Shown piece after piece: positions 41,601-55,800 of a DNA stretch of 64,000 nucleotides. The translations under genes and the position numbers were made by a program. How positions within the stretch are numbered: position 1 is the stretch's first letter; the number at the start of each line of letters is the position of its first letter. The notes under the pieces were generated by a model. It was not told the DNA's origin and searched no databases. It saw nothing but the letters and a program-made list of their open reading frames with translations. This stretch comes from Eledone cirrhosa (lineage: Eukaryota), in assembly GCA_964016885.1 (NCBI GenBank), contig OZ024759.1, forward strand, positions 24,180,001-24,244,000, read 5' to 3'.

Positions 41601-42870
41601 TCTACCTCATACTCTCTAGCACTTTTTTAGTAATCCCTTGCTTGTCTTTCAAGCAAGTTGGTCTTTACTCCTATCGACGTATAAACCTTTACACTATCTC
41701 ATAACCATTCCTATATTCGTCTTTCCAAGTCATGTGCTTTCACACTTTGAGCCCAGTTTACTTCGATATATCTCTATATATCTCTATCTTCCTTTTAACG
41801 GAAAACACCATGCTGTCTTGCTATCTCTCTCCCAATCTACCTCATACTCTCTACCTCTTTTTGAGTAATCCCTTGCTTGTCTTTCAAGCAAGTTGGTCTT
41901 TAATCCTATGGACGTATAAGCCTTTACACTATCTCATAACCATTCCTATATTCGTCTTTGCAAGTCATGTGCATTAACACTTTGAGCCCAGTTTACTTCG
42001 ATATATCTCTATATATCTCTATTTTCCTTTTAACGGAAAACACCATGCTGTCTGGCTATCTCTCACCCAATCTACCTCATACTCTCTACCTCTTTTTGAG
42101 TAATCCCTTGCTTGTCTTTCAAGCAAGTTGGTCTTTACTCCTATGGACGTATAAACCTTTACACTATCTCATAACCATTCCTATATTCGTCTTTCCAAGT
42201 CATGTGCTTTCACACTTTGAGCCCAGTTTACTTCGATATATCTCTATATATCTCTATCTTCCTTTTAGCGGAAAAGACCATGCTGTCTGGCTATCTCTCT
42301 CCCAATCTACCTCATACTCTCTAGCACCTTTTTAGTAATCCCTTGCTTGTCTTTCAAGCAAGTTGGTCTTTACTCCTATGGACGTATAAACCTTTACACT
42401 ATCTCATAACCATTCCTATATTCGTCTTTCCAAGTCATGTGCTTTCACACATTGAGCCCAGTTTACTTCGATATATCTCTATATATCTCTATTTTCCTTT
42501 TAACGGAAAACACCATGCTGTCTGGCTATCTCTCTCCCAATCAACCTCATACTCTCTACCTCTTTTTGAGTAATCCCTTGCTTGTCTTTCAAGCAAGTTG
42601 GTCTTTACTCCTATGGACGTATAAACCTTTACACTATCTCATAACCATTCCTATATTCGTCTTTCCAAGTCATGTGCTTTCACACTTTGAGCCCAGTTTA
42701 CTTCGATATATCTCTATATATCTCTATTTTCCTTTTAACGGAAAACACCATGCTGTCTGGCTATCTCTCTCCCAATCTACCTCATACTCTCTACCTCTTT
42801 TTGAGTAATCCCTTGCTTGTCTTTCAAGCAAGTTGGTCTTTACTCCTATGGACGTATAAACCTTTACACT
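38620..42870. repeat. 7-monomer (1645 bp) higher-order repeat, 2 copies plus a partial third
   Basis: Offset 1645 (38677/40322, 39147/40792/42437, 39993/41638). Markers: ttaGcggaaaaGacc, aatcAacc, gtctTgct, cacAttgag. Confidence 0.88.
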
Positions 42871-45800
42871 ATCTCATAACCATTCCAATATTCGTCTTTC
42901 CAAGTCATGTGCTTTCACACTTTGAGCCCAGTTTACTTCGATATATCTCTATATAGCTCTATCTTCCTTTTAACGGAAAACACCATGCTGTCTGGCTATC
43001 TCTCACCCAATCTACCTCATACTCTCTACCTCTTTTTGAGTAATCCCTTGCTTGTCTTTCAAGCAAGTTGGTCTTTAATCCTATGGACGTATAAGCCTTT
43101 ACACTATCTCATAACCATTCCTATATTCGTCTTTGCAAGTCATGTGCATTAACACTTTGAGCCCAGTTTACTTCGATATATCTCTATATATCTCTATTTT
43201 CCTTTTAACGGAAAACACCATGCTGTCTGGCTATCTCTCACCCAATCTACCTCATACTCTCTACCTCTTTTTGAGTAATCCCTTGCTTGTCTTTCAAGCA
43301 AGTTGGTCTTTACTCCTATGGACGTATAAGCCTTTACACTATCTCATAACAATTCCTATATTCGTCTTTGCAAGTCATGTGCATTAACACTTTGAGCCCA
43401 GTTTACTTCGATATATCTCTATATATCTCTATTTTCCTTTTAACGGAAAACACCATGCTGTCTGGCTATCTCACTCCCAAGCTACCTCATACTCTCTACC
43501 TCTTTTTGAGTAATCCCTTGCTTGTCTTTCAAGCAAGTTGGTCTTTACTCCTATCGACGTATAAACCTTTACACTATCTCATAACCATTCCTATATTCGT
43601 CTTTCCAAGTCATGTGCTTTCACACTTTGAGCCCAGTTTCCTTCGATATATCTCTATATATCTCTATCTTCCTTTTAACGGAAAACACCATGCTGTCTGG
43701 CTATCTCTCACCCAATCTACCTCATACTCTCTACCTCTTTTTGAGTAATCCCTTGCTTGTCTTTCAAGCAAGTTGGTCTTTACTCCCATGGACGTATAAG
43801 CCTTTACACTATCTCATAACCATTCCTATATTCGTCTTTGCAAGTCATGTGCATTAACACTTTGAGCCCAGTTTACTTCGATATATCTCTATATATCTCT
43901 ATTTCCCTTTTAACGGAAACCACCATGCTGTCTGGCTATCTCTCTCCCAATCTACCTCATACTCTCTAGCACTTTTTTAGTAATCCCTTGCTTGTCTTTC
44001 AAGCAAGTTGGTCTTTACTCCTATGGACGTATAAACCTTTACACTATCTCATAACCATTCCTATATTCGTCTTTCCAAGTCATGTGCTTTCACACTTTGA
44101 GCCCAGTTTACTTCGATATATCTCTATATATCTCTATCTTCCTTTTAGCGGAAAAGACCATGCTGTCTGGCTATCTCTCTCCCAATCTACCTCATACTCT
44201 CTAGCACTTTTTTAGTAATCCCTTGCTTGTCTTTCAAGCAAGTTGGTCTTTACTCCTATGGACGTATAAACCTTTACACTATCTCATAACCATTCCTATA
44301 TTCGTCTTTCCAAGTCATGTGCTTTCACACTTTGAGCCCAGTTTACTTCGATATATCTCTATATATCTCTATTTTCCTTTTAACGGAAAACACCATGCTG
44401 TCTGGCTATCTCTCTCCCAATCAACCTCATACTCTCTACCTCTTTTTGAGTAATCCCTTGCTTGTCTTTCAAGCAAGTTGGTCTTTACTCCTATGGACGT
44501 ATAAACCTTTACACTATCTCATAACCATTCCTATATTCGTCTTTCCAAGTCATGTGCTTTCACACTTTGAGCCCAGTTTACTTCGATATATCTCTATATA
44601 TCTCTATTTTCCTTTTAACGGAAAACACCATGCTGTCTGGCTATCTCTCTCCCAATCAACCTCATACTCTCTACCTCTTTTTGAGTAATCCCTTGCTTGT
44701 CTTTCAAGCAAGTTGGTCTTTACTCCTATGGACGTATAAACCTTTACACTATCTCATAACCATTCCTATATTCGTCTTTCCAAGTCATGTGCTTTCACAC
44801 TTTGAGCCCAGTTTACTTCGATATATCTCTATATATCTCTATTTTCCTTTTAACGGAAAACACCATGCTGTCTGGCTATCTCTCTCCCAATCTACCTCAT
44901 ACTCTCTACCTCTTTTTGAGTAATCCCTTGCTTGTCTTTCAAGCAAGTTGGTCTTTACTCCTATGGACGTATAAACCTTTACACTATCTCATAACCATTC
45001 CTATATTCGTCTTTCCAAGTCATGTGCTTTCACACTTTGAGCCCAGTTTACTTCGATATATCTCTATATAGCTCTATCTTCCTGTTAACGGAAAACACCA
45101 TGCTGTCTGGCTATCTCTCACCCAATCTACCTCATACTCTCTACCTCTTTTTGAGTAATCCCTTGCTTGTCTTTCAAGCAAGTTGGTCTTTACTCCTATG
45201 GACGTATAAGCCTTTACACTATCTCATAACCATTCCTATATTCGTCTTTGCAAGTCATGTGCATTAACACTTTGAGCCCAGTTTACTTCGATATATCTCT
45301 ATATATCTCTATTTTCCTTTTAACGGAAACCACCATGCTGTCTGGCTATCTCTCTCCCAATCTACCTCATACTCTCTACCTCTTTTTGAGTAATCCCTTG
45401 CTTGTCTTTCAAGCAAGTTGGTCTTTACTCCTATGGACGTATAAACCTTTACACTATCTCATAACCATTCCTATATTCGTCTTTCCAAGTCATGTGCTTT
45501 CACACTTTGAGCCCAGTTTACTTCGATATGTCTCTATATATCTCTATTTTCCTTTTAACGGAAAACACCATGCTGTCTGGCTATCTCATTCCCAAGCTAC
45601 CTCATACTCTCTACCTCTTTCTGAGTAATCCCTTGCTTGTCTTTCAAGCAAGTTGGTCTTTACTCCTATCGACGTATAAACCTTTACACTATCTCATAAC
45701 CATTCCTATATTCGTCTTTCCAAGTCATGTGCTTTCACACTTTGAGCCCAGTTTACTTCGATATATCTCTATATATCTCTATCTTCCTTTTAACGGAAAA

Positions 45801-46370
45801 CACCATGCTGTCTGGCTATCTCTCACCCAATCTACCTCATACTCTCTACCTCTTTTTGAGTAATCCCTTGCTTGTCTTTCAAGCAAGTTGGTCTTTACTC
45901 CCATGGACGTATAAGCCTTTACACTATCTCATAACCATTCCTATATTCGTCTTTGCAAGTCATGTGAATTAACACTTTGAGCCCAGTTTACTTCGATATA
46001 TCTCTATATATCTCTATTTTCCTTTTAACGGAAACCACCATGCTGTCTGGCTATCTCTCTCCCAATCTACCTCATACTCTCTAGCACTTTTTTAGTAATC
46101 CCTTGCTTGTCTTTCAAGCAAGTTGGTCTTTACTCCTATGGACGTATAAACCTTTACACTATATCATAACCATTCCTATATTCGTCTTTCCAAGTCATGT
46201 GCTTTCACACTTTGAGCCCAGTTTACTTCGATATATCTCTATATATCTCTATCTTCCTTTTAGCGGAAAAGACCATGCTGTCTGGCTATCTCTCTCCCAA
46301 TCTACCTCATACTCTCTAGCACTTTTTTAGTAATCCCTTGCTTGTCTTTCAAGCAAGTTGGTCTTTACTC
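42430..46370. repeat. 9-monomer (2115 bp) higher-order duplication, more diverged
   Basis: Offset 2115 (42437/44552, 42907/45022, 43612/45727, 43988/46103) with the same order of subtypes but several private differences. Confidence 0.72.
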
Positions 46371-46429
46371 CTATAGACGTATAAACCTTTACACTATCTC
46401 ATAACCATTCCTATATTCGTCTTTCCAAG

Positions 46430-49400
46430 TCATGTGCTTTCACACTTTGAGCCCAGTTTACTTCGATATATCACTATATATCTCTATTTTCCTTTTAACG
46501 GAAAACACCTTGCTGTCTGTTTATCTCTCTCCCAATCTACCTCATACTCTCTACCTCTTTTTGAGTAACCCTTGCTTGTCTTTCAAGCAAGTTGGTCTTT
46601 ACTCCTATGGACGTATAAACCTTTACACTTTATCATAACCATTCCTATATTCATCTTTCCAAGTTATGTGCTTTAACATTTTGAGCCCAGTTTACTTCGA
46701 TATATCCCTATATATCTCTATTTTCCTTTTAACGGAAAACTCCATGCTGTCTGGCTATCTCTCTCCCAATCTACCTCATACTCTCTAGCACTTTTTTAGT
46801 AATCCCTTGCTTGTCTTTCAAGCAAGTTGGTCTTTACTCCTATGGACGTATAAACCTTTACACTATCTCATAACCATTCCTATATTCGTCTTTCCAAGTC
46901 ATGTGCTTTCACACTTTGAGCCCAGTTTACTTCGATATATCTCTATATATCTCTATTTTCCTTTTAACGGAAAACACCATGCTGTCTGGCTATCTCTCTC
47001 CCAATCTACCTCATACTCTCTACCTCTTTTTGAGTAATCCCTTGCTTGTCTTTCAAGCAAGTTGGTCTTTTCTCCTATGGACGTATAAACCTTTACACTA
47101 TCTCATAACCATTCCTATATTCGTCTTTCCAAAACATGTGCTTTAACACTTGGAGCCCAGTTTACTTCGATATATCCCTATATATCTCTATTTTCCTTTT
47201 AACGGAAAACACCATGCTGTCTGGCTCACTCTCTCCCTTATCTACCTCATGCGATCTACCTCTTTTTGAGTAATCCCTTGCTTGTCTTTCAAGCAAGTTG
47301 GTCTTTACTCCTATGGACGTATAAACCTTTACACTATCTCATAACCATTCCTATATTCGTCTTTCCAAGTCATGTGCTTTCACACTTTGAGCCCAGTTTA
47401 CTTCGATATATCTCTATATATCTCTATCTTCCTTTTAACGGAAAACACCATGCTGTCTGGCTATCTCTCACCGAATCTACCTCATACTCTCTACCTCTTT
47501 TTGAGTAATCCCTTGCTTGTCTTTCAAGCAAGTTGGTCTTTACTCCTATGGACGTATAAACCTTTACACTATCTCATAACCATTCCTATATTCGTCTTTC
47601 CAAGTCATGTGCTTTCACACTTTGAGCCCAGTTTACTTCGATATATCTCTATATATCTCTATTTTCCTTTTAACGGAAAACACGATGCTGTCTGGCTATC
47701 TCTCTCCCAATCTACCTCATACTCTCTACCTCTTTTTGAGTAATCCCTTGCTTGTCTTTCAAGCAAGTTGGTCTTTACTCCTATGGACGTATAAACCTTT
47801 ACACTATCTCATAACCATTCCTATATTCGTCTTTCCAAGTCATGTGCTTTCACACTTTGAGCCCAGTTTACTTCGATATATCTCTATATATCTCTATTTT
47901 CCTTTTAACGGAAAACACCATGCTGTCTGGCTATGTCTCTCCCAATCTACCTCATACTCTCTACCTCTTTTTGAGTAATCCCTTGCTTGCCTTTCAAGCA
48001 AGTTGGTCTTTGCCCCTATGGACGTATAAACCTTTACACTATCTCATAACCATTCCTATATTCGTCTTTCCAAAACATGTGCTTTAACACTTTGAGCCCA
48101 GTTTACTTCGATATATCCCTATATATCTCTATTTTCCTTTTAACGGAAAACACCATGCTGCCTGGCTCACTCTCTCCCTTATCTACCTCATGCGATCTAC
48201 CTCTTTTTGAGTAATCCCTTGCTTGTCTTTCAAGCAAGTTGGTCTTTACTCCTATGGACGTATAAACCTTTACACTATCTCATAACCATTCCTATATTCG
48301 TCTTTCCAAGTCATGTGCTTTCACACTTTGAGCCCAGTTTACTTCGATATATCTCTATATATCTCTATCTTCCTTTTAACGGAAAACACCATGCTGTCTG
48401 GCTATCTCTCACCCAATCTACCTCATACTCTCTACCTCTTTTTGAGTAATCCCTTGCTTGTCTTTCAAGCAAGTTGGTCTTTACTCCTATGGACGTATAA
48501 ACCTTTACACTATCTGATAACCAGTCCTATATTCGTCTTTCCAAGTCATGTGCTTTCACACTTTGAGCCCAGTTTACTTCGATATATCCCTATATATCTC
48601 TATTTTCCTTTTAACGGAAAACACCTTGCTGTCTGTTTATCTCTCTCCCAATCTACCTCATACTCTCTACCTCTTTTTGAGTAACCCTCGCTTGTCTTTC
48701 AAGCAAGTTGGTCTTTACTCCTATGGACGTATAAACCTTTACACTTTATCATAACCATTCCTATATTCATCTTTCCAAGTTATGTGCTTTAACATTTTGA
48801 GCCCAGTTTACTTCGATATATCCCTATATATCTCTATTTTCCTTTTAACGGAAAACTCCATGCTGTCTGGCTATCTCTCTCCCAATCTACCTCATACTCT
48901 TTAGCACTTTTTTAGTAATCCCTTGCTTGTCTTTCAAGCAAGTTGGTCTTTACTCCTATGGACGTATAAACCTTTACACTATCTCATAACCATTCCTATA
49001 TTCGTCTTTCCAAGTCATGTGCTTTCACACTTTGAGCCCAGTTTACTTCGATATATCTCTATATATCTCTATTTTCCTTTTAACGGAAAACACCATGCTA
49101 TCTGGCTATCTCTCTCCCAATCTACCTCATACTCTCTACCTCTTTTTGAGTAATCCCTTGCTTGTCTTTCAAGCAAGTTGGTCTTTACTCCTATGGACGT
49201 ATAAACCTTTACACTATCTCATAACCATTCCTATATTCGTCTTTCCAAGTCATGTGCTTTCACACTTTGAGCCCAGTTTACTTCGATATATCTCTATATA
49301 TCTCTATTTTCCTTTTAACGGAAAACACCATGCTGTCTGGTTATCTCTCTCCCAATCTACCTCATACTCTCTACCTCTTTTTGAGTAATCCCTTGCTTGT

Positions 49401-50800
49401 CTTTCAAGCAAGTTGGTCTTTTCTCCTATGGACGTATAAACCTTTACACTATCTCATAACCATTCCTATATTCGTCTTTCCAAAACATGTGCTTTAACAT
49501 TTTGAGCCCAGTTTACTTCGATATATCCCTATATATCTCTATTTTCCTTTTAACGGAAAACACCATGCTGTCTGGCTCACTCTCTCCCTTATCTACCTCA
49601 TGCGATCTACCTCTTTTTGAGTAATCCCTTGCTTGTCTTTCAAGCAAGTTGGTCTTTACTCCTATGGACGTATAAACCTTTACACTATCTCATAACCATT
49701 CCTATATTCGTCTTTCCAAGTCATGTGCTTTCACACTTTGAGCCCAGTTTACTTCGATATATCTCTATATATCTCTATCTTCCTTTTAACGGAAAACACC
49801 ATGCTGTCTGGCTATCTCTCACCGAATCTACCTCATACTCTGTACCTCTTTTTGAGTAATCCCTTGCTTGTCTTTCAAGCAAGTTGGTCTTTACTCCTAT
49901 GGTCATATAAACCTTTACACTATCTCATAACCATTCCTATATTCGTCTTTCCAAGTCATGTGCTTTCACACTTTGAGCCCAGTTTACTTCGATATATCTC
50001 TATATATCTCTATTTTCCTTTTAACGGAAAACACGATGCTGTCTGGCTATCTCTCTCCCAATCTACCTCATACTCTCTACCTGTTTTTGAGTAATCCCTT
50101 GCTTGTCTTTCAAGCAAGTTGGTCTTTACTCCTATGGACGTATAAACCTTTACACTATCTCATAACCATTCCTATATTCGTCTTTCCAAGTCATGTGCTT
50201 TCACACTTTGAGCCCAGTTTACTTCGATATATCTCTATATATCTCTATTTTCCTTTTAACGGAAAACACCATGCTGTCTGGCTATCTCTCTCCCAATCTA
50301 CCTCATACTCTCTACCTCTTTTTGAGTAATCCCTTGCTTGTCTTTCAAGCAAGTTGGTCTTTGCTCCTATGGACTTATAAACCTTTACACTATCTCATAA
50401 CCATTCCTATATTCGTCTTTCCAAAACATGTGCTTTAACACTTTGAGCCCAGTTTACTTCGATATATCCCTATATATCTCTATTTTCCTTTTAACGGAAA
50501 ACACCATGCTGTCTGGCTCACTCTCTCCCTTATCTACCTCATGCGATCTACCTCTTTTTGAGTAATCCCTTGCTTGTCTTTCAAGCAAGTTGGTCTTTAC
50601 TCCTATGGACGTATAAACCTTTACACTATCTCATAACCATTCCTATATTCGTCTTTCCAAGTCATGTGCTTTCACACTTTGAGCCCAGTTTACTTCGATA
50701 TATCTCTATATATCTCTATCTTCCTTTTAACGGAAAACACCATGCTGTCTGGCTATTTCTCACCGAATCTACCTCATACTCTCTACCTCTTTTTGAGTAA
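46430..50800. repeat. 9-mer duplication whose second copy has one extra monomer (offset 2116, then 2351)
   Basis: 46432/48548 and 46807/48923 are +2116 (caccTtgctgtctgTTt, cactTtAtc, aagtTatg, aaaacTcc). 46901/49252, 47372/49723 and 47842/50193 are +2351 (tctttTctcc, cacGatg, tctttGc). Confidence 0.82.
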
Positions 50801-52899
50801 TCCCTTGCTTGTCTTTCAAGCAAGTTGGTCTTTACTCCTATGGACGTATAAACCTTTACACTATCTCATAACCATTCCTATATTCGTCTTTCCAAGTCAT
50901 GTGCTTTCACACTTTGAGCCCAGTTTACTTCGATATATCTCTATATATCTCTATTTTCCTTTTAACGGAAAACACCATGCTGTCTGGCTATCTCTCTCCC
51001 AATCTACCTCATACTCTCTACCTCTTTTTGAGTAATCCCTTGCTTGTCTTTCAAGCAAGTTGGTCTTTACTCCTATGGACGTATAAACCTTTACACTATC
51101 TCATAACCATTCCTATATTCGTCTTTCCAAAACATGTGCTTTAACACTTTGAGCCCAGTCTACTTCGATATATCCCTATATATCTCTATTTTCCTTTTAA
51201 CGGAAAACACCATGCTGTCTGGCTCACTCTCTCCCTTAGCTACCTCATGCGATCTACCTCTTTTTGAGTAATCCCTTGCTTGTCTTTCAAGCAAGTTGGT
51301 CTTTACTCCTATGGACGTATAAACCTTTACACTATCTCATAACCATTCCTATATTCGTCTTTCCAAGTCATGTGCTTTCACACTTTGAGCCCAGTTTACT
51401 TCGATATATCTCTATATATCTCTATCTTCCTTTTAACGGAAAGCACCATGCTGTCTGGCTATCTCTCACCGAATCTACCTCATACTCTCTACCTCTTTTT
51501 GAGTAATCCCTTGCTTGTCTTTCAAGCAAGTTGGTCTTTACTCCTATGGACGTATAAACCTTTACACTATCTCATAACCATTCCTATATTCGTCTTTCCA
51601 AGTCATGTGCTTTCACACTTTGAGCCCAGTTTACTTCGATATATCCCTATATATCTCTATTTTCCTTTTAACGGAAAACACCATGCTGTCTGGCTATCTC
51701 TCTCCCAATCTACCTCATACTCTCTACCTCTTTTTGAGTAATCCCTTGCTTGTCTTTCAAGCAAGTTGGTCTTTACTCCTATGGACGTATATACCTTTAC
51801 ACTATCTCATAACCATTCCTATATTCGTCTTTCCAAAACATGTGCTTTAACACTTTGAGCCCAGTTTACTTCGATATATCCCTATATATCTCTATTTTCC
51901 TTTTAACGGAAAACACCATGCTGTCTGGCTCTCTCTCTCCCTTATCTACCTCATGCGATCTACCTCTTTTTGAGTAATCCCTTGCTTGTCTTTCAAGCAA
52001 GTTGGTCTTTACTCCCATGGACGTATAAACCTTTACACTATCTCATAACCATTCCCATATTCGTCTTTCCAAGTCATGTGCTTTAACACTTTGAGCCCGG
52101 TTTACTTCGATATATCTCTATATATCTCTATTTTCCTTTTAACGGAAAACACCATGCTGTCTGGCTATCTCTCTCCCAATCTACCTCATACTCTCTACCT
52201 CTTTTTGAGTAATCCCTTGCTTGTCTTTCAAGCAAGTTGGTCTTTACTCCTATGGACGTATAAACCTTTACACTATCTCATAACCATTCCTATATTCGTC
52301 TTTTCAAGTCATGTGCTTTCACACTTTGAGCCCAGTTTACTTCGATATATCTCTATATATCTCTATTTTCCTTTTAACGGAAAACACCATACTGTCTGGC
52401 TATCTCTCTCCCAATCTACCTCATACTCTCTACCTCTTTTTGAGTAATCCCTTGCTTGTCTTTCAAGCAAGTTGGTCTTTACTCCTATGGACGTATAAAC
52501 CTTTACACTATCTCATAACCATTCCTATATTCGTCTTTCCAAGTCATGTGCTTTCACACTTTGAGCCCAGTTTACTTCGATATATCTCTATATAGCTCTA
52601 TCTTCCTTTTAACGGAAAACACCATGCTGTCTGGCTCTCTCTCTCCCTTATCTACCTCATGCGATCTACCTCTTTTTGAGTAATCCCTTGCTTGTCTTTC
52701 AAGCAAGTTGGTCTTTACTCCCATGGACGTATAAACCTTTACACTATCTCATAACCATTCCCATATTCGTCTTTCCAAGACATGTGCTTTAACACTTTGA
52801 GCCCGGTTTACTTCGATATATCTCTATATATCTCTATTTTCCTTTTAACGGAAAACACCATGCTGTCTGGCTATCTCTCTCCCAATCTACCTCATACTC

Positions 52900-55800
52900 T
52901 CTACCTCTTTTTGAGTAATCCCTTGCTTGTCTTTCAAGCAAGTTGGTCTTTACTCCTATGGACGTATAAACCTTTACACTATCTCATAACCATTCCTATA
53001 TTCGTCTTTCCAAGTCATGTGCTTTCACACTTTGAGCCCAGTTTACTTCGATATATCTCTATATATCTCTATTTTCCTTTTAACGGAAAACACCATGCTG
53101 TCTGGCTATCTCTCTCCCAATCTACCTCATACTCTCTACCTCTTTTTGAGTAATCCCTTGCTTGTCTTTCAAGCAAGTTGGTCTTTACTCCTATGGACGT
53201 ATAAACCTTTACACTATCTCATAACCATTCCTATATTCGTCTTTCCAAGTCATGTGCTTTCACACTTTGAGCCCAGTTTACTTCGATATATCTCTATATA
53301 GCTCTATCTTCCTTTTAACGGAAAACACCATGCTGTCTGGCTATCTCTCACCCAATCTACCTCATACTCTCTACCTCTTTTTGAGTAATCCCTTGCTTGT
53401 CTTTCAAGCAAGTTGGTCTTTACTCCTATGGACGTATAAACCTTTACACTATCTCATAACCATTCCTATATTCGTCTTTCCAAGTCATGTGCTTTCACAC
53501 TTTGAGCCCAGTTTACTTCGATATATCTCTATATATCTCTATCTTCCTTTTAACGGAAAACACCATGCTGTCTGGCTATCTCTCTCCCAATCTACCTCAT
53601 ACTCTCTAGCACTTTTTTAGTAATCCCTTGCTTGTCTTTCAAGCAAGTTGGTCTTTACTCCTATGGACGTATAAACCTTTACACTATCTCATAACCATTC
53701 CTATATTCGTCTTTCCAAGTCATGTGCTTTCACACTTTGAGCCCAGTTTACTTCGATATATCCCTATATATCTCTATTTTCCTTTTAACGGAAAACACCA
53801 TGCTGTCTGGCTATCTCTCTCCCAATCTACCTCATACTCTCTACCTCTTTTTGAGTAATCCCTTGCTTGTCTTTCAAGCAAGTTGGTCTTTACTCCTATG
53901 GACGTATATACCTTTACACTATCTCATAACCATTCCTATATTCGTCTTTCCAAAACATGTGCTTTAACACTTTGAGCCCAGTTTACTTCGATATATCCCT
54001 ATATATCTCTATTTTCCTTTTAACGGAAAACACCATGCTGTCTGGCTCTCTCTCTCCCTTATCTACCTCATGCGATCTACCTCTTTTTGAGTAATCCCTT
54101 GCTTGTCTTTCAAGCAAGTTGGACTTTACTCCCATGGACGTATAAACCTTTACACTATCTCATAACCATTCCCATATTCGTCTTTCCAAGTCATGTGCTT
54201 TAACACTTTGAGCCCAGTTTACTTCGATATATCTCTATATATCTCTATTTTCCTTTTAACGGAAAACACCATGCTGTCTGGCTATCTCTCTCCCAATCTA
54301 CCTCATACTCTCTACCTCTTTTTGAGTAATCCCTTGCTTGTCTTTCAAGCAAGTTGGTCTTTACTCCTATGGACGTATAAACCTTTACACTATCTCATAA
54401 CCATTCCTATATTCGTCTTTCCAAGTCATGTGCTTTCACACTTTGAGCACAGTTTACTTCGATATATCCCTATATATCTCTATTTTCCTTTTAACGGAAA
54501 ACACCATGCTGTCTGGCTCACTCTCTCCCTTAGCTACCTCATGCGATCTACCTCTTTTTGAGTAATCCCTTGCTTGTCTTTCAAGCAAGTTGGTCTTTAC
54601 TCCTATGGACGTATAAACCTTTACACTATCTCATAACCATTCCTATATTTGTCTTTCCAAGTCATGTGCTTTCACACTTTGAGCCCAGTTTACTTCGATA
54701 TATCTCTATATATCTCTATCTTCCTTTTAACGGAAAGCACCATGCTGTCTGGCTATCTCTCACCGAATCTACCTCATACTCTCTACCTCTTTTTGAGTAA
54801 TCCCTTGCTTGTCTTTCAAGCAAGTTGGTCTTTACTCCTATGGACGTATAAACCTTTACACTATCTCATAACCATTCCTATATTCGTCTTTCCAAGTCAT
54901 GTGCTTTCACACTTTGAGCCCAGTTTACTTCGATATATCCCTATATATCTCTATTTTCCTTTTAACGGAAAACACCATGCTGTCTGGCTATCTCTCTCCC
55001 AATCTACCTCATACTCTCTACCTCTTTTTGAGTAATCCCTTGCTTGTCTTTCAAGCAAGTTGGTCTTTACTCCTATGGACGTATATACCTTTACACTATC
55101 TCATAACCATTCCTATATTCGTCTTTCCAAAACATGTGCTTTAACACTTTGAGCCCAGTTTACTTCGATATATCCCTATATATCTCTATTTTCCTTTTAA
55201 CGGAAAACACCTTGCTGTCTGGCTATCTCTCTCCCAATCTACCTCATACTCTCTACCTCTTTTTGAGTAACCCTTGCTTGTCTTTCAAGCAAGTTGGTCT
55301 TTACTCCTATGGACGTATGAACCTTTACACTATCTCATAACCATTCCTATATTCGTCTTACCAAAACATGTGCTTTAACACTTTGAGCCCAGTTTACTTC
55401 GATATATCCCTATATATCTCTATTTTCCTTTTAACGGAAAACACCATGCTGTCTGGCTCTCTCTCTCCCTTATCTACCTCATGCGATCTACCTCTTTTTG
55501 AGTAACCCTTGCTTGTCTTTCAAGCAAGTTGGTCTTTACTCCTATGGACGTATAAACCTTTACACTATCTCATAACCATTCCTATATTCGTCTTTCCAAG
55601 TCATGTGCTTTCACACTTTGAGCCCAGTTTACTTCGATATATCTCTATATATCTCTATTTTCCTTTTAACGGAAAACACCATGCTGTCTGGCTATCTCTC
55701 TCCCAATCTACCTCATACTCTCTACCTCTTTTTGAGTAATCCCTTGCTTGTCTTTCAAGCAAGTTGGTCTTTACTCCTATGGACGTATAAACCTTTACAC

